A DNA stretch of 64,000 nucleotides from Octopus sinensis (GCF_006345805.1 NC_043000.1:19406001-19470000), one strand, 5' to 3'; counted from the first letter of the stretch, positions 1 through 11,526 are shown. The notes: a model not told the origin generated them from the sequence alone. Numbers and translations: made by a program.

Positions 1-216
1 ACATATATATACTTAAATAACTACGTGCACACACAAGTGTGTGTGTGTATATATGTATGTATATACATATATATATATGTGTGTGTGTGTGTGTGTTTGT
101 GTGTGTGTTTGTGTGTATTTATGTATATATGTATATATACATACATACATTTCTATACAAATACCTACCAACCTACCAACCTACCTACCTACCTACATAT
201 CTATCTACCTACCTAT

Positions 217-268
<52 letters not shown>

Positions 269-269
269 T

Positions 270-330
<61 letters not shown>

Positions 331-335
331 CGATC

Positions 336-379
<44 letters not shown>

Positions 380-380
380 T
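1..380. repeat. Compound microsatellite (AT)n/(GT)n/(CCTA)n/(ATAG)n
   Basis: Directly visible; (ATAG)n runs about 194-378 and abuts the LINE 3' end. Confidence 0.95.
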
Positions 381-2203
381 GTTCTTTATTAGCCACACAG
401 GGCTGCACACAGATAGAACAAATTACAAGGTAGAGCTTTTCTTTTGAAGTATTAAAAAAAAAAAAAAAAAAAAAAGGAAGGGGGAGGTTCGATCAAAAGG
501 GATCGTAAAAGGAGAGAAAGAGGACAAAAATAAGGGGGTTAAAAAAAAAAAAAAGAAAAAAAGAAAAAAAAAAGGGGGGGGGGAGAGGAAAAAAAAATGA
601 TCAATAGGGATCGTTATCACAGAAATGTCAATATGAAGTGTAAAGGGGAGGACAGGTGAGGTTTACCCGTGGAAAGAAAAGCCTGCGGAAAAGACCACGG
701 TAACTCGGTCAATGACGTCACATTTTATTTCTTTTTTTTTTTTTTTTTTTTTTTTGCAAATAAGCAACTCTCTGTTTTCGATTTCTGGGTTCATAGGACT
801 ATGCTCAAGGTGGCTTCGTCATTCATACGTGCCATTCTTGCTACATTCACCCATCTTTTTTAAAACATTCGCTAGACAAAACTTGCCTCTCTACTCTCAC
901 TTTCCTTTTCAAGTGGTACTTGAAGAAGTTGATGAGAGATTGACCAGAGAGGAAAGTGTTTGTCTCCAATCCTTTCAGACGCGTCCACCAGATACATTCT
1001 TTCGCCATAGCCACAAGGATGATGAAAATAGCTCTTCCTTCCCGTTTGAAGGAAGGAGGCGTGACAATATTGACGATAGACTCAGCTGATAAACCGACTC
1101 GTCCCACACGTGACAGCAGTTGTTCGACATAAGCCCACAGGTCGGAAATTGTTGGACACTGAACGAGTGCGTGCAGAACGGTTTCGTCGCTCTGACCGCA
1201 TCTCGGGCAGGTCGGCCCCGTGTTTCTCGAGCCGTGTCTGTAGAGCTTATCCCGAACGGGTAGCGCTTCTCGGTAGCACTGCCAGGCCAGGGATCTCTGG
1301 AAGTTGTCCATGGGCCCTGGCCCGAAAGTCGTCCCGAACAGGGGGTCAGGTACTCCTCGTCGACGTCCAGGTTCGCCCCGAGCTCGTCGTCGTACCTCCC
1401 CTCCACTAAACCCCTATAGAATGCTTTGGTTGTTGAAGTCACTTAAGGTCGACCCAGGACGGCAGAGTTGCTTGAGAGCAACGCGACACTCGCGGTGCCA
1501 TTCGCCCTTCCTCGGCCTCTTTTGATCCACGACTGCAGTTCGGTCATGGAGACGAGCTGCGGGAAAGCGTGCCTCACAAACGGCGACCACACCTGTTCAC
1601 CGTCGTCTACATAGAGCCAGATGTCGCAGTCTCAGCGCGTGTCTGCGCATCATCAACCACGGCATGCCCAGCCCTCCTTTTAACGGGTGTTGACAGCAAT
1701 GGATCGCCTGACCATCGGGACGCATCCTTTCCACAAGAAGCGAAAGAGGATGCGTTGTAGTTTGGTGATGGTAGGGTCGGGACAAGGTATGACGGTCAGG
1801 CGGTAGTAGATGACGGACGCGATGTACGTGTTCGCCACCTCACGCTCGACCTTTTAGGGACAGTTTCCTCTCGGCCCATTGCCGGCGAGAGTGACCACCC
1901 TACTCGTTATCTCGTTCCAGTTCTTCTCCACTTGGAGGTCCGACCAAACCAGACCCCGAGCAACTCAACCGGGCCGTCGGTCCAGCGTCCCACGACGGAG
2001 GCGCTGGTGGACGGCATGGGCTTGCTTCTCCAGGTGCCTAGTCGCAAGCCCACTGACTTTTCCCGGTTGATTTTCGCTCCTGTCACCGCTTCGTAGTTTT
2101 TCAGTGTCTCGCCGACCAGCTCGATGTGCTCGTGGCTAGACACTATGACGGTGACGTCGTCCGCGTATGCAGACACGCTCGTCCCGCATCCCAATTCTCG
2201 CGG

Positions 2204-2204
<1 letters not shown>
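381..2204 (-). mobile_element. 5'-truncated L1/Tx1-like non-LTR retrotransposon (ORF2 RT C-terminal half, zf-RVT, 3'UTR), frameshifted
   Basis: RT motif SAYADDVTVIVS...GAKINREKS (1907-2200). zf-RVT-like SLAWQCYREALPVRDKL...CPRCGQSDETVLHALVQCP (847-1311). T-rich 3'UTR, AATAAA at 385-390 on the minus strand. GC/CpG-rich relative to the flanks; (GATA)n on both sides. Confidence 0.9.
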
Positions 2205-2248
<44 letters not shown>

Positions 2249-2451
2249 AGGGTGAAATATAATTAATTTAATAAAATCAACAAATTTCACCAAGCAGTAT
2301 TTCGGTATGGAAAAGGACCATATTCGGTAAAAATTTATATAATTATGATAATAGAGGGTTTTTGCAACAAGTTGCTTAACCACATACCGAAAATGGTGCT
2401 ATTTCTAATATTTTTGGTATGTGGTTTAAGCCACTTGTTGCAAAAAACCCT

Positions 2452-2531
<80 letters not shown>

Positions 2532-2718
2532 GTATGTAGTAGGTAGGTAGGTAGGTAGGTAGGTAGGTAGGTAGGTAGGTAGGTAGGTAGGTAGGTAGGC
2601 TGGCAGGTAGGTAGGTAGGTAGGTAGGTAGGTAGGTAGGTAGGTAGGTAGGTAGGTAGGTAGGTGTACATATATATGCATATATATATATACACTTTGTA
2701 TCTATAATTAAATCATTT

Positions 2719-3920
2719 CATGATGGGATGGAGGCTTGGGTCAATGTTGGTGGTGGTATGGTGGGACCTTCACCCATGCTTTTGCTAAGGTTAGCTCTCT
2801 GGAAATATATGTCAGATATTGATCTTCTGGCTGCCTCTTTAATCTGCGCCGATCTACTGCGAATTCAAAATTTTCCCTTCTCTTCTTATTCGTTACCTCC
2901 TTTATGTTGATGACCGTGACTTAGTCACTCATTCAGTGGATGACATGCAAATACTTATGAACCGTATTTCTGCTTCTTGTAAAGAATTTGGACTCAGCAT
3001 TAACCTGGACAAGACTGTTGCAGTGTTCCAGCCCGCACTAGGAAATCCATATATGGAACCAGCTAACTTGGTTGAAGGAACAATTCTGAAAGTGGTTGAA
3101 AAGTTTGTCTACCTGGGAAGCACACTCAGCCATTCATGCTCCCTGGATGATGAAATATCTTTCAGGCTGCAGAGAGCAACTGATTCCTTCCAGTCTCTTC
3201 AGTCTTGTGTCTGGTCCCAGCATGGCATCAAAAAGCAAACAAAAATTGTTGTGTATCGTGCATGTGTACTGATATCACACCTTTACTCATGTGAGACATG
3301 GACCCTTTAGAAACATCATGTAAGGCTCTTTGAACGCTTTCATCAGAGATATCTGAGACACATTCTGAATGTAGGCTGGACCTAAAAAAACTCCAGACAC
3401 ACAGGTCCTGAGCACAGCTGATATCTTGGGTATCGAGGTGATGGTGCACAAGCACCAGTTACGTTGGACTGGACACCTTATTAGAATAAAGGATAGCAGG
3501 ATCCCTAGGCAGATGCTATATGGGGAACATGTGAATGGAAAGAGACCCTGGCAAAAACCAAGGCTGCGATTTAAGGACTGTGTGAAGTCCTCATTAAAGG
3601 CCTGTGATATGACGGAGACAGACTGGGAGAGCAATGCCTGTCATCGCAACATATTGAGGAAGCAGGTTAAGGAGGGGGTCGACACTTTTGAGAGAGCACG
3701 TATTCTGCGTGAAGAACTTAAGCGCACTGCTCGAAAGCACACTGATGGGAATTGGGAAAGCTTGGTTTGCAATGTTTTCAGTCGTGTATGCTTGTCAAGA
3801 GCAAGGATCATTAGCCACCAACGGAGCCGCAAATGCAAAATATAAGTTGGTCCTAGAGCGCACAATGTTCCTGAAGGTCAGCAATGGTCTTCCTCGGTCA
3901 CTAGTGGACGGCCACCATCA
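2719..3920 (+). mobile_element. RTE-BovB-like LINE 3' fragment (RT and C-terminus), degenerate
   Basis: Readable motifs HDGMEAWVNVG, LFNLRR, LLYVDD.DLVTHS, FGLSINLDKT, FVYLGSTLS, VYRACV..LYSCETW, LRWTGHLIR..DSRIPRQMLYGE, with stops and frameshifts. Confidence 0.9.
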
Positions 3921-3926
3921 TATATA

Positions 3927-3964
<38 letters not shown>

Positions 3965-3982
3965 AGGTAGGAAGGTGTATTA

Positions 3983-4014
<32 letters not shown>

Positions 4015-4351
4015 CATACATACATAAAGCTAGTGTTTAATCCTGACTTTATTTAGCTTGAATAAATGTGGTTATTAAGCTTTCATTTTTATTTTGTACA
4101 ATGGAAGACTGTAGGAAATAGAATGTATGATTTAAAGGTTTGCTTTCTGTTTAGTCACATATTTAGGGGGTTGGTTATTGATTTACTTATTGAATTTATT
4201 TACCGATACTGTTGTACATAGGATAAATGTGGTTGAAAGTTCTGGTTTCGAAACCATAATGATATCCGTGGGGCAGCTGCTGCTGCATATATGTTGGATT
4301 GTTGGTATGTCTGTTTTTGCATATGTGGAATAGTATGATAACACATCCTTT

Positions 4352-4467
<116 letters not shown>

Positions 4468-4584
4468 GCGCGCACACATATGAGGCACCTTGCCAGTTCG
4501 GTGCCTTGAAATGGCCGTAATGTATTGAAACCTGTACATCTTTGTTACTTATACATACATGCATACATACATATAGTCCGAATT

Positions 4585-4725
4585 TACAGAATGCAAAAGA
4601 CGAAGTCAGGTGGGCCAACAAGCAGGTGTATTAGTTTAAAGCTCTGGAAAAATGGAAAAGTCTTTCACATTTCGAGCTTACGCTCTTCAGCAGAAAGGAT
4701 TAAGAAAAAGAAGAAGGAGGGAGAA
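4585..4725 (-). mobile_element. Short PLE-terminus-like repeat with degenerate hammerhead-like motif (diverged relative of 14518-14690 and 21055-21230)
   Basis: Minus strand CTTT-CTGCTGA-A-GAGC-GTAA-GCTC-GAAAT-GT-G-AAAGA (4661-4697). Flanking sequence is homologous to the two other copies. Confidence 0.55.
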
Positions 4726-5174
4726 TATATATATATATATATATTACATTCATACATATGTGTGTGCGTGTTTTTGTCTTAATGTATGCATGTGTGTGAA
4801 GAGAGAAAGACAGACAGACAGACGGGCAAACAGACAGGGAAAGCGAGACATACATTCGCAAATATATATAAGTACATATATGATACGTTTCAGCTGTCTG
4901 ATACATTTCGTCTATGGCATTAACTTCACAGTCGCACTTGTTCACTGAGTATTATATTCAAAGTTGAAGCACCTTTACTCGTTCAAACAAAAATGTTGAG
5001 TACTAATTGTTTTATTTTTCTGAAATTCTATATAAACTCAAAACCGTTACTCCAATCGAAGTAATTGCGTTTTAGAAATTATATAGCGTGTTGTGTTTGA
5101 GAGAAGCTCCGGTTTGGTGCATTTACAAATTAATATTTTGTTTGATACAATTATCATAATCTATTAGCTTTAAA

Positions 5175-5400
5175 GTGGAAAGCTGGCAGAAGCGTTAGAC
5201 CGTCGGAAAAATGCTTTCTGCATTTTCCTTAAGTTCTGAGCTCAAATCCCACCGATTTCAACTTTGCCTTTCATCCTTTCGGGGTCGATAAAATAAAATA
5301 GCTGTCAACTATTAGAGTCGATGTCGATTTAATCGGTTAATGCCCGACCCCAACTAAAATTACTGGTCTTGTGCCCAAATGGAAAGCAAAATGGTGATGA
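5175..5400 (+). mobile_element. tRNA-derived SINE family B, diverged (B2 tail)
   Basis: AGCTGGCAGAAGCGTTAG head and GCCTTTCATCCTTTCGGGGTCGATAAA central block shared with the other copies. Confidence 0.75.
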
Positions 5401-5636
5401 ACTTGTTGGGTCACTAGAACGTCCAAAAAATTATCTTGACACATATACATCGTAACTTTATGTTCCGAGTTCAAATCTCGCCGACGTCTTCTTTGCCTTT
5501 TATCTTTTTAAAGCCAATGAAATAAGTACCAATTGAGCATTGTGGTCGATGTAATCGACTTGATCCATCCCCCAAAATTACAGGCCTTGTGACTACAGTA
5601 GAAAGGATTATTGATATTATTATTATTATTATCATT

Positions 5637-6058
5637 TTAAAAAAACTACGGTCCGTTATCTTCTGCTGAACCGGGGTCATCCCTTGACCCTAGGGTCACA
5701 GCAGGTCCTCATCTCATGGAGAGTACTCGGCGTAAAATGTGTGCGGAACCTAGCAACATTATTTTCTGAAGTTCTCCCACGTTAACAATGCAAGGGAGTT
5801 TGTTGAGCTGCTTATCAAGGCCCTTTTTAATTAGCCCTAACGCTCCAATAACCACTGGTGTTGTGCTGCTTTTCATTCCCCACATCTTGGTCACTTCTAT
5901 TTCTAGGCCTTTGTACTTAAATAACTTCTCAACTTCTTTAATGGACACGTTTCTCTTTGATGGTACTGTTACATCTATCATTAAGCATTTCTTATTCTTC
6001 CCATCTTTGACAATTGTGTCCGGCTTGTTTACCTTGTACTTTAAGGAATCTGACAAAT
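5637..6058 (-). mobile_element. R4/Dong-like LINE 3' fragment (restriction-like endonuclease domain and 3'UTR)
   Basis: KPD..VKD...CLMIDVTVP...EK..KY..L..E...W...PVVIGALG...LQK..LLGSAHILRRVLS is a PD-(D/E)xK RLE C-terminus. The 3' end abuts (AAT)n. Confidence 0.85.
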
Positions 6059-6164
6059 GCTAACAAGAAGTTATACTACCTAACAACTATGAAGAAAAAG
6101 AAGAAACAACAAAAGCTGTAAAGTCGTTAGCGAATCGAACGATATATATAGCGGCATTTTTCTA

Positions 6165-6397
6165 GCACATTATTTACATTTGACGGATATTTGTCCTCAT
6201 CTTGTTTGTTGTTAACACAACGTTTCGGCTGATATACCCTCTAGCCTTCAGCAGATATCTTGGAGAAATTTCGAACCTGGGTTCTCATTCCTAAGGTATT
6301 TTTCGATGTTGTTGTTGTTGTTTTTGTTCTTGTTCAGGTAACTCGGAATCTTGAGGTTAGTAGACCGTGCTCTTAACCACTACGCCATATACCCGTG
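6165..6397 (-). mobile_element. tRNA-like head (A box intact, B box truncated) plus tail with hammerhead-like motif, directly 3' of the PLE ORF
   Basis: A box TGGCGTAGTGG at 6377-6387 (minus). GATAT-CTGCTGA-A-GGCT-(12 nt)-AGCC-GAAAC-GT-T-GTGTT at 6214-6259. Confidence 0.6.
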
Positions 6398-6429
6398 AGC
6401 AATTATGGAGAGAATTTTAGGGCTTATAA

Positions 6430-7541
6430 ATCTAATATCGGTTCCCATATGCTACTCATATATCTGCAGTCGGTCTGCTTAAGAGGTTGTTGTGTCCTAG
6501 CATATGTGCTGCTGCTTTTAGTTTTCGTATTTTCCAGTGGTGTTCTCTGTCTATTATTTTAACTTCATCCCAAAGGGGAAGGTGGTCTCCATGTTTCCAT
6601 ATATGAACAGCTATACCCGATTTATCATTATCTCCTCGTGTCACAGCTTTACGATGTTCGTCCACCCTTATTTTGAGGGGGCGGCATGTTTCGCCTTTGT
6701 ATAACCTAGCACATCTGCATGGCATGGAGTACACGCAGTCTTTGGTAATATTCTCTTCTATAGGTGGTTTTACTCTAAGGAGATATTTACGAAGTGTTGT
6801 ATTACTCTTGAATACTATCCTGATGCCATATGGGCCGCATATCTTTTGTATTTTTTCGGAGAAGCCTTTCATATAGGGTAGACGGACTGTGGACAGTTTA
6901 TTGGTTCATCTCCTCTTTTCTTCATAATTGGAGTGGATAGTATGTGTTTGGGGTAGTTGTTGCTTAATAGATTGTTATTGAGCTTGATCATTTCTTCGTG
7001 GTGGGTATCACGAGCGCTACTTATATTCTTTACTCAATGCTTTAGGCACTGAGCAATCTATTTCTTTACACTGTATAGATGGTGGTAACTAAAGTTGGGG
7101 CATGGTCCAGAGAAGGTTGGCTTGCTCTATAGGGATGCCCTGAATCCATACTTGGTGCGTATTATTAATACGTCCAGGAATGCTAGGTGATTGTCTTTTT
7201 CCTTTTCCATTGTGAACTGTATGGATGGCTTTATTGAGTTCCCATGATCTAACAGCACTTGGGCATCTTCCTGGTGGGGCCAGAGTATAAAGGTGTCATC
7301 GACATATCGCAGCCATAGAGTTGGTTTTAGTGGTGTTGGTCCTAAAGCCAAATTCTCAAAGTATTCCAGTATATATTGGCTGTTATCGGTGATATTGGCG
7401 AACCAATAGCTAAACCCTCTTCTAGTCGATATATATCAGTATCCATACCGAAGTAGGTCATTTATTCACAGAAGGTTAACATTTCCATCAAGTTTTTTAG
7501 TGGTATACTAGTGCGTTCTTTTAGATGAGTGTCTGCCTAGG
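6430..7541 (-). mobile_element. Penelope-like element, 5'-truncated (RT C-terminal part and GIY-YIG endonuclease), degenerate
   Basis: GLAIGSPISP, WLRYVDDTFILWPH, IQFTMEKE..NHLAFLDVLI, LPYMKGFSEKI, CVYSMPC.C..LYKGETCRPLKIRVDEH...SGIAVHIW. Confidence 0.9.
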
Positions 7542-7888
7542 TCAACTTTACTTTTTGTCCCTCAGGGGTTGATAAAATAAATTACCAGACGAGTACAGGG
7601 ATCTATTTATTCGACAAACCCCTTCCCCTAAAATTGCAGGTCTTGCGCCTAAATTTGAAACAAATTATTATGGACAGGTTTTATGACGGCAAGCTGACAG
7701 AAGCGTCAGATCTTCGGAAAAAACGCTTTGCAGGATTAGTTCCGGCTCATTATGTTCTGAGTTTATATCATGCCGAGGTTAACTTTGTTAAAAAAATGTA
7801 CCGCTCAAGTACTGCGACTGATGTAATTGACTAATCCCTCAACTTCAACATTTCTTGCCTTGCACCTAAATATCAAACAATTAAAGAA

Positions 7889-8116
7889 TTTTTGCAGCCA
7901 TTTTCGTACGATTGTCATTCAATTTGATAATTGGGTCATTCCGACTAATTTGAATACTCTGGACGGGCAAATGCTAAATTCTTTGACCGAAGTGCGAAAT
8001 TGAATGATCGAAAAACGAATTTGAATGACTAACTTCATGGCACTAAATTCTTTTTGCGACTTTGAATGACCTGATTATCAAATTGAATGACGAAAGTACG
8101 AAAATGACTGCAAAAA
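7889..8116. mobile_element. MITE-like element with ~53 bp terminal inverted repeats
   Basis: 7889-7941 TTTTTGCAGCCATTTTCGTAC...GTCATTC versus the reverse complement of 8064-8116. Internal TTGAATGA motifs recur. No clear TSD. Confidence 0.75.
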
Positions 8117-8794
8117 CCTATATTAACAGACTTAATACATGTTTAGTCTTATTCTTGTATCATATTTAAGGGAAGGGCTTAGCACTATTTACTTCACAGG
8201 TCAGCATGATTGGTTTCAAAACTAAAAGCAATTATGCGGGTCTTTCCTCAGTTTGAAATTGTTTATCGACAGACGGGGTAAATTGAAACATTTTGGGGCG
8301 GTGAGGTGCGTTTGGTTTTTGTTGTTTGCCCTAAGTGAACCAATAATCGAGCAATGATCAAGCCTGTAAGATTAAGAGAATCAAGAACAATATTTTCTAA
8401 TGTGTCCTTCCCTTTTGTAAGACAGCTGAATGGGATTTGATCGAGATTTTCAGGCAGTCAATTGACTGCATGACAGGCCAATGTTACTCATTAGCTTATG
8501 TGTCAAATACGTTGGAGTTTAAATGATTGCTTTTCGTCTAACTATTGCATAGATTCATTTATTTCTCTTCAACACAAATTATTAATACAAGTAAGATTTA
8601 TATTTATATCGCATTCGGTCAGAATGCCCCTCCTTTCATTTCCCTTGATGAATTGTTTAGAGCCTGATACCTTTTGATAAGTGAAGATGTTGAAACCATT
8701 CGACATTTAAATTCATTTCTTTAACTTCAAGCTTGGATTCTATGCTAAAATCGCTCTATTCAAAAACTTGTTTATTTCTTTTTAGAGGTGATCG

Positions 8795-9068
8795 TTTGAA
8801 AAGTTACCCGGAAAGTTACCTTGAAAGTTACCCGGGCAAGGTTGTTTATGGAAGACCAGCAGTCGCCCATGCATACCAGCCTCCCCCTCTCCACGACACC
8901 GATGTTATCCAAGAGAAAGGCAAAGGGGCCGATACAGCTTGGCACCCGTGACGTCGCAACTCATTTCTACAGCTGAGTGAACTGGATCAACGTGAAATAA
9001 AGTGTCTTGCTCAAGAACACAACACGCAGCCCGGTCTGGGATTAGAACTCACAACCTCACGGTCGTCT
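8795..9068 (-). mobile_element. SINE fragment related to family D (body GTGTTCTTGAGCAAGACACTTTATTTCACGTTG), 5' truncated by microsatellite
   Basis: Body homologous to 41631-41871 and 52955-53192 but with a different tail ending in tandem TAACTTT repeats. Confidence 0.65.
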
Positions 9069-9069
9069 G

Positions 9070-9103
<34 letters not shown>

Positions 9104-9177
9104 TACACACACACCACACCACACACACACACACACACACACACCACACACACACACACACAACACACACCACACAC

Positions 9178-9213
<36 letters not shown>

Positions 9214-9368
9214 CACGCGTGCACACACACGAGCAAGCACAGAATGCAAAAGAAAGTGGAACAATACCGAAGCTAGAGGAATATGCTTTATTATTAAGGC
9301 TGCAAAAACATCGCAAAAAATGCTGAGTCACATCTTTTTGTGACGATTTTGCAGCTTTAATAAAAACT

Positions 9369-9410
<42 letters not shown>

Positions 9411-9466
9411 TATATATATATACACACATATATACATATATATATATATATATTAGATAGATAGAT

Positions 9467-9521
<55 letters not shown>

Positions 9522-9551
9522 TAGATAGACAGACAGATTGATAGATAGATG

Positions 9552-9601
<50 letters not shown>

Positions 9602-9660
9602 CACGCACATATGCACACATACACACGCACGCATACACTCACATACACACACGCGCACAA
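9069..9660. repeat. Compound microsatellite field (AT)n/(AC)n/(ATAG)n
   Basis: Directly visible. Confidence 0.9.
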
Positions 9661-10102
9661 AATTTATAAACCTTTTTTGTTTTCTTTTTGCCTTTTTTTA
9701 GGAATTCGATAGACACATTCCCAAACAAACTGAAAATAACATATTTTGGGCTACTTTTCTCACTCTTTTGCGTACATTTTCTCATTTGTAAAAAAAAATA
9801 TTTTACCAGCAGATGGAAAGTGCAAAAGAAAAACTTCAGGGAAAAAAATAGAACGAGAATCTCTTTTGCAAGTCACTGTAAGAATCTGGTGTGACGAAGA
9901 AACTGGAACAAAGATAAGACACAAAACCACTGTAAGCACGGTTTTTGTTAATTATATTGTTGTTATTTTCGTTATTGCTTGTAACGTCTGAGGCATTCTA
10001 GAGCATGAACCACTTTATAAACTGAGCATGGTTACTACAGAGATTCAATTTTTCTGCTAAAGAGAACAAAAATAGTAATAAAATAAAATAATAACAGAAC
10101 TT

Positions 10103-10268
10103 AGGCGCAGGAGTGGCCGTGTGGTAAGTAGCTTGTCTATCAACCACATGGTTCCGGGTTCAGTCCCACTGCGTGGCACCTTGGGCAAGTGTCTTCTACT
10201 ATAGCCTCGGGCCAACCAAAGCCTTGTGAGTGGATTTGGTAGACGGAAACTGAAAGAAGCCTGTCGTA

Positions 10269-10315
<47 letters not shown>

Positions 10316-10527
10316 TTGTGTGTCTGTGTTTGTCCCCTAGCATTGCTTGACAACCGATGCTGGTGTGTTTATGTCCCTGTTACTTAGCAGTTCGGCAAAC
10401 GAGACCGATAGAATAAGTACTGGGCTTACAAAAGAATAAGTCCCGGGGTCGAGTTGCTCGATTAAAGGCGGTGCTCCAGCATGGCCACAGTCAAATGACT
10501 GAAACAAGTAAAAGAGTAAAAGAGTAA
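10103..10527 (+). mobile_element. tRNA-derived SINE family A (CORE-like segment, internal (AT)n(GT)n, (AAAGAGTA)n tail), full length
   Basis: A box TGGCCGTGTGG, B box GGTTCAGTCC, CORE-like ACCTTGGGCAAGTG; more than 15 homologous copies or fragments in the window. Resembles described octopus SINEs, but the family name was not verified. Confidence 0.9.
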
Positions 10528-10557
10528 ACTTGCAGATGGGAGAATGGATAAATGTAT

Positions 10558-10730
10558 TTTTGTTGCTAGAAAGGAAAAGCCTTAACAAGATGCACCAACA
10601 CCAGCTCCTCCGTCGCCTTGATCACAATTTCCACTCAAAACCGAGCATCACTTGACTATTGTTAATGTGATTTCCTCTTAAACTCACACCATTTTCTCAG
10701 AAACGAATATTTTTCACTTTACTCATTTTA
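10558..10730. repeat. 173 bp dispersed duplicate (second copy 12430-12602)
   Basis: Direct repeat with 7 mismatches by eye. Confidence 0.85.
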
Positions 10731-10888
10731 CCACTGTTCCATTATGAAGTGTTAACAGCTATTATGTTCAAATCATCAATCACTTGTCGTAGATACCATA
10801 TTTGTGGTAGACATTTAAGCTTACTACTTATATGAGTGTGCGTGTGTGTGAGAGAGAGTGTGCGTGAAAGAGAGAGAGAGAGAGAGAG

Positions 10889-10933
<45 letters not shown>

Positions 10934-11063
10934 TTACTTTATCTATTGTGGAAATTAAAGAAAAATCAACTAAGCTATTTACTAAGAGGTTACCTAGTTG
11001 GTGTTAACTCGATTGTTCGTTTATTTTTACTTATTTATGTTTTGTAATTGGCTAGGCATTTGC

Positions 11064-11526
11064 CATATCCTGAACGCCTTACTTCCCTTGAAACTCCGAC
11101 GTCTGGCAGCTGACTTGGCAGACACCCATAAAATTATCAACCATCGTACAAACAATAACTCTGAACACCTTTTCAACCTCCACCCATCTAACACCCGTGG
11201 ACATATTTACAAAGTCAGAAAACAGCACAGCTCCATGACTTCAGGAAACATTTTTTCACGCTGAGAGTTGCTGAAGCATGGAACAAACTGCCGGCATCAT
11301 TTGTTAGTTGTTGGAGCACTGCATCCTTCAAAACTTCCATGCTTTCTGAGATTCGCCAACACTACACTTGATTTTCTCCCCTCCATATACACACAAGCAT
11401 GTATCTGACTCATACATTGTTCGCTTTCCAGACATTTTTACATTACTGCATGTACTTTATATGCACTTTCTGACAAGTTGTGGTGCACCTGAGCACTGTA
11501 TACAATAATTTCATTATTATTATTAT
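11064..11526 (+). mobile_element. CR1-like LINE 3' fragment with 3'UTR and (ATT)n tail
   Basis: YPERL..LRRLAADL...TRGHIYKVRK..HDFRKHFFTLRVAEAWNKLP across a frameshift. Confidence 0.8.

Noticed and set aside
4483-4506. AGGCACC/GGTGCCT hairpin
   Set aside because: A 7 bp stem is expected by chance in 64 kb.
10103-10180. tRNA genes at SINE heads (also 50552, 52955, 6340-6397)
   Set aside because: A/B boxes are present but there is no acceptor stem or terminator, and they continue into SINE bodies.
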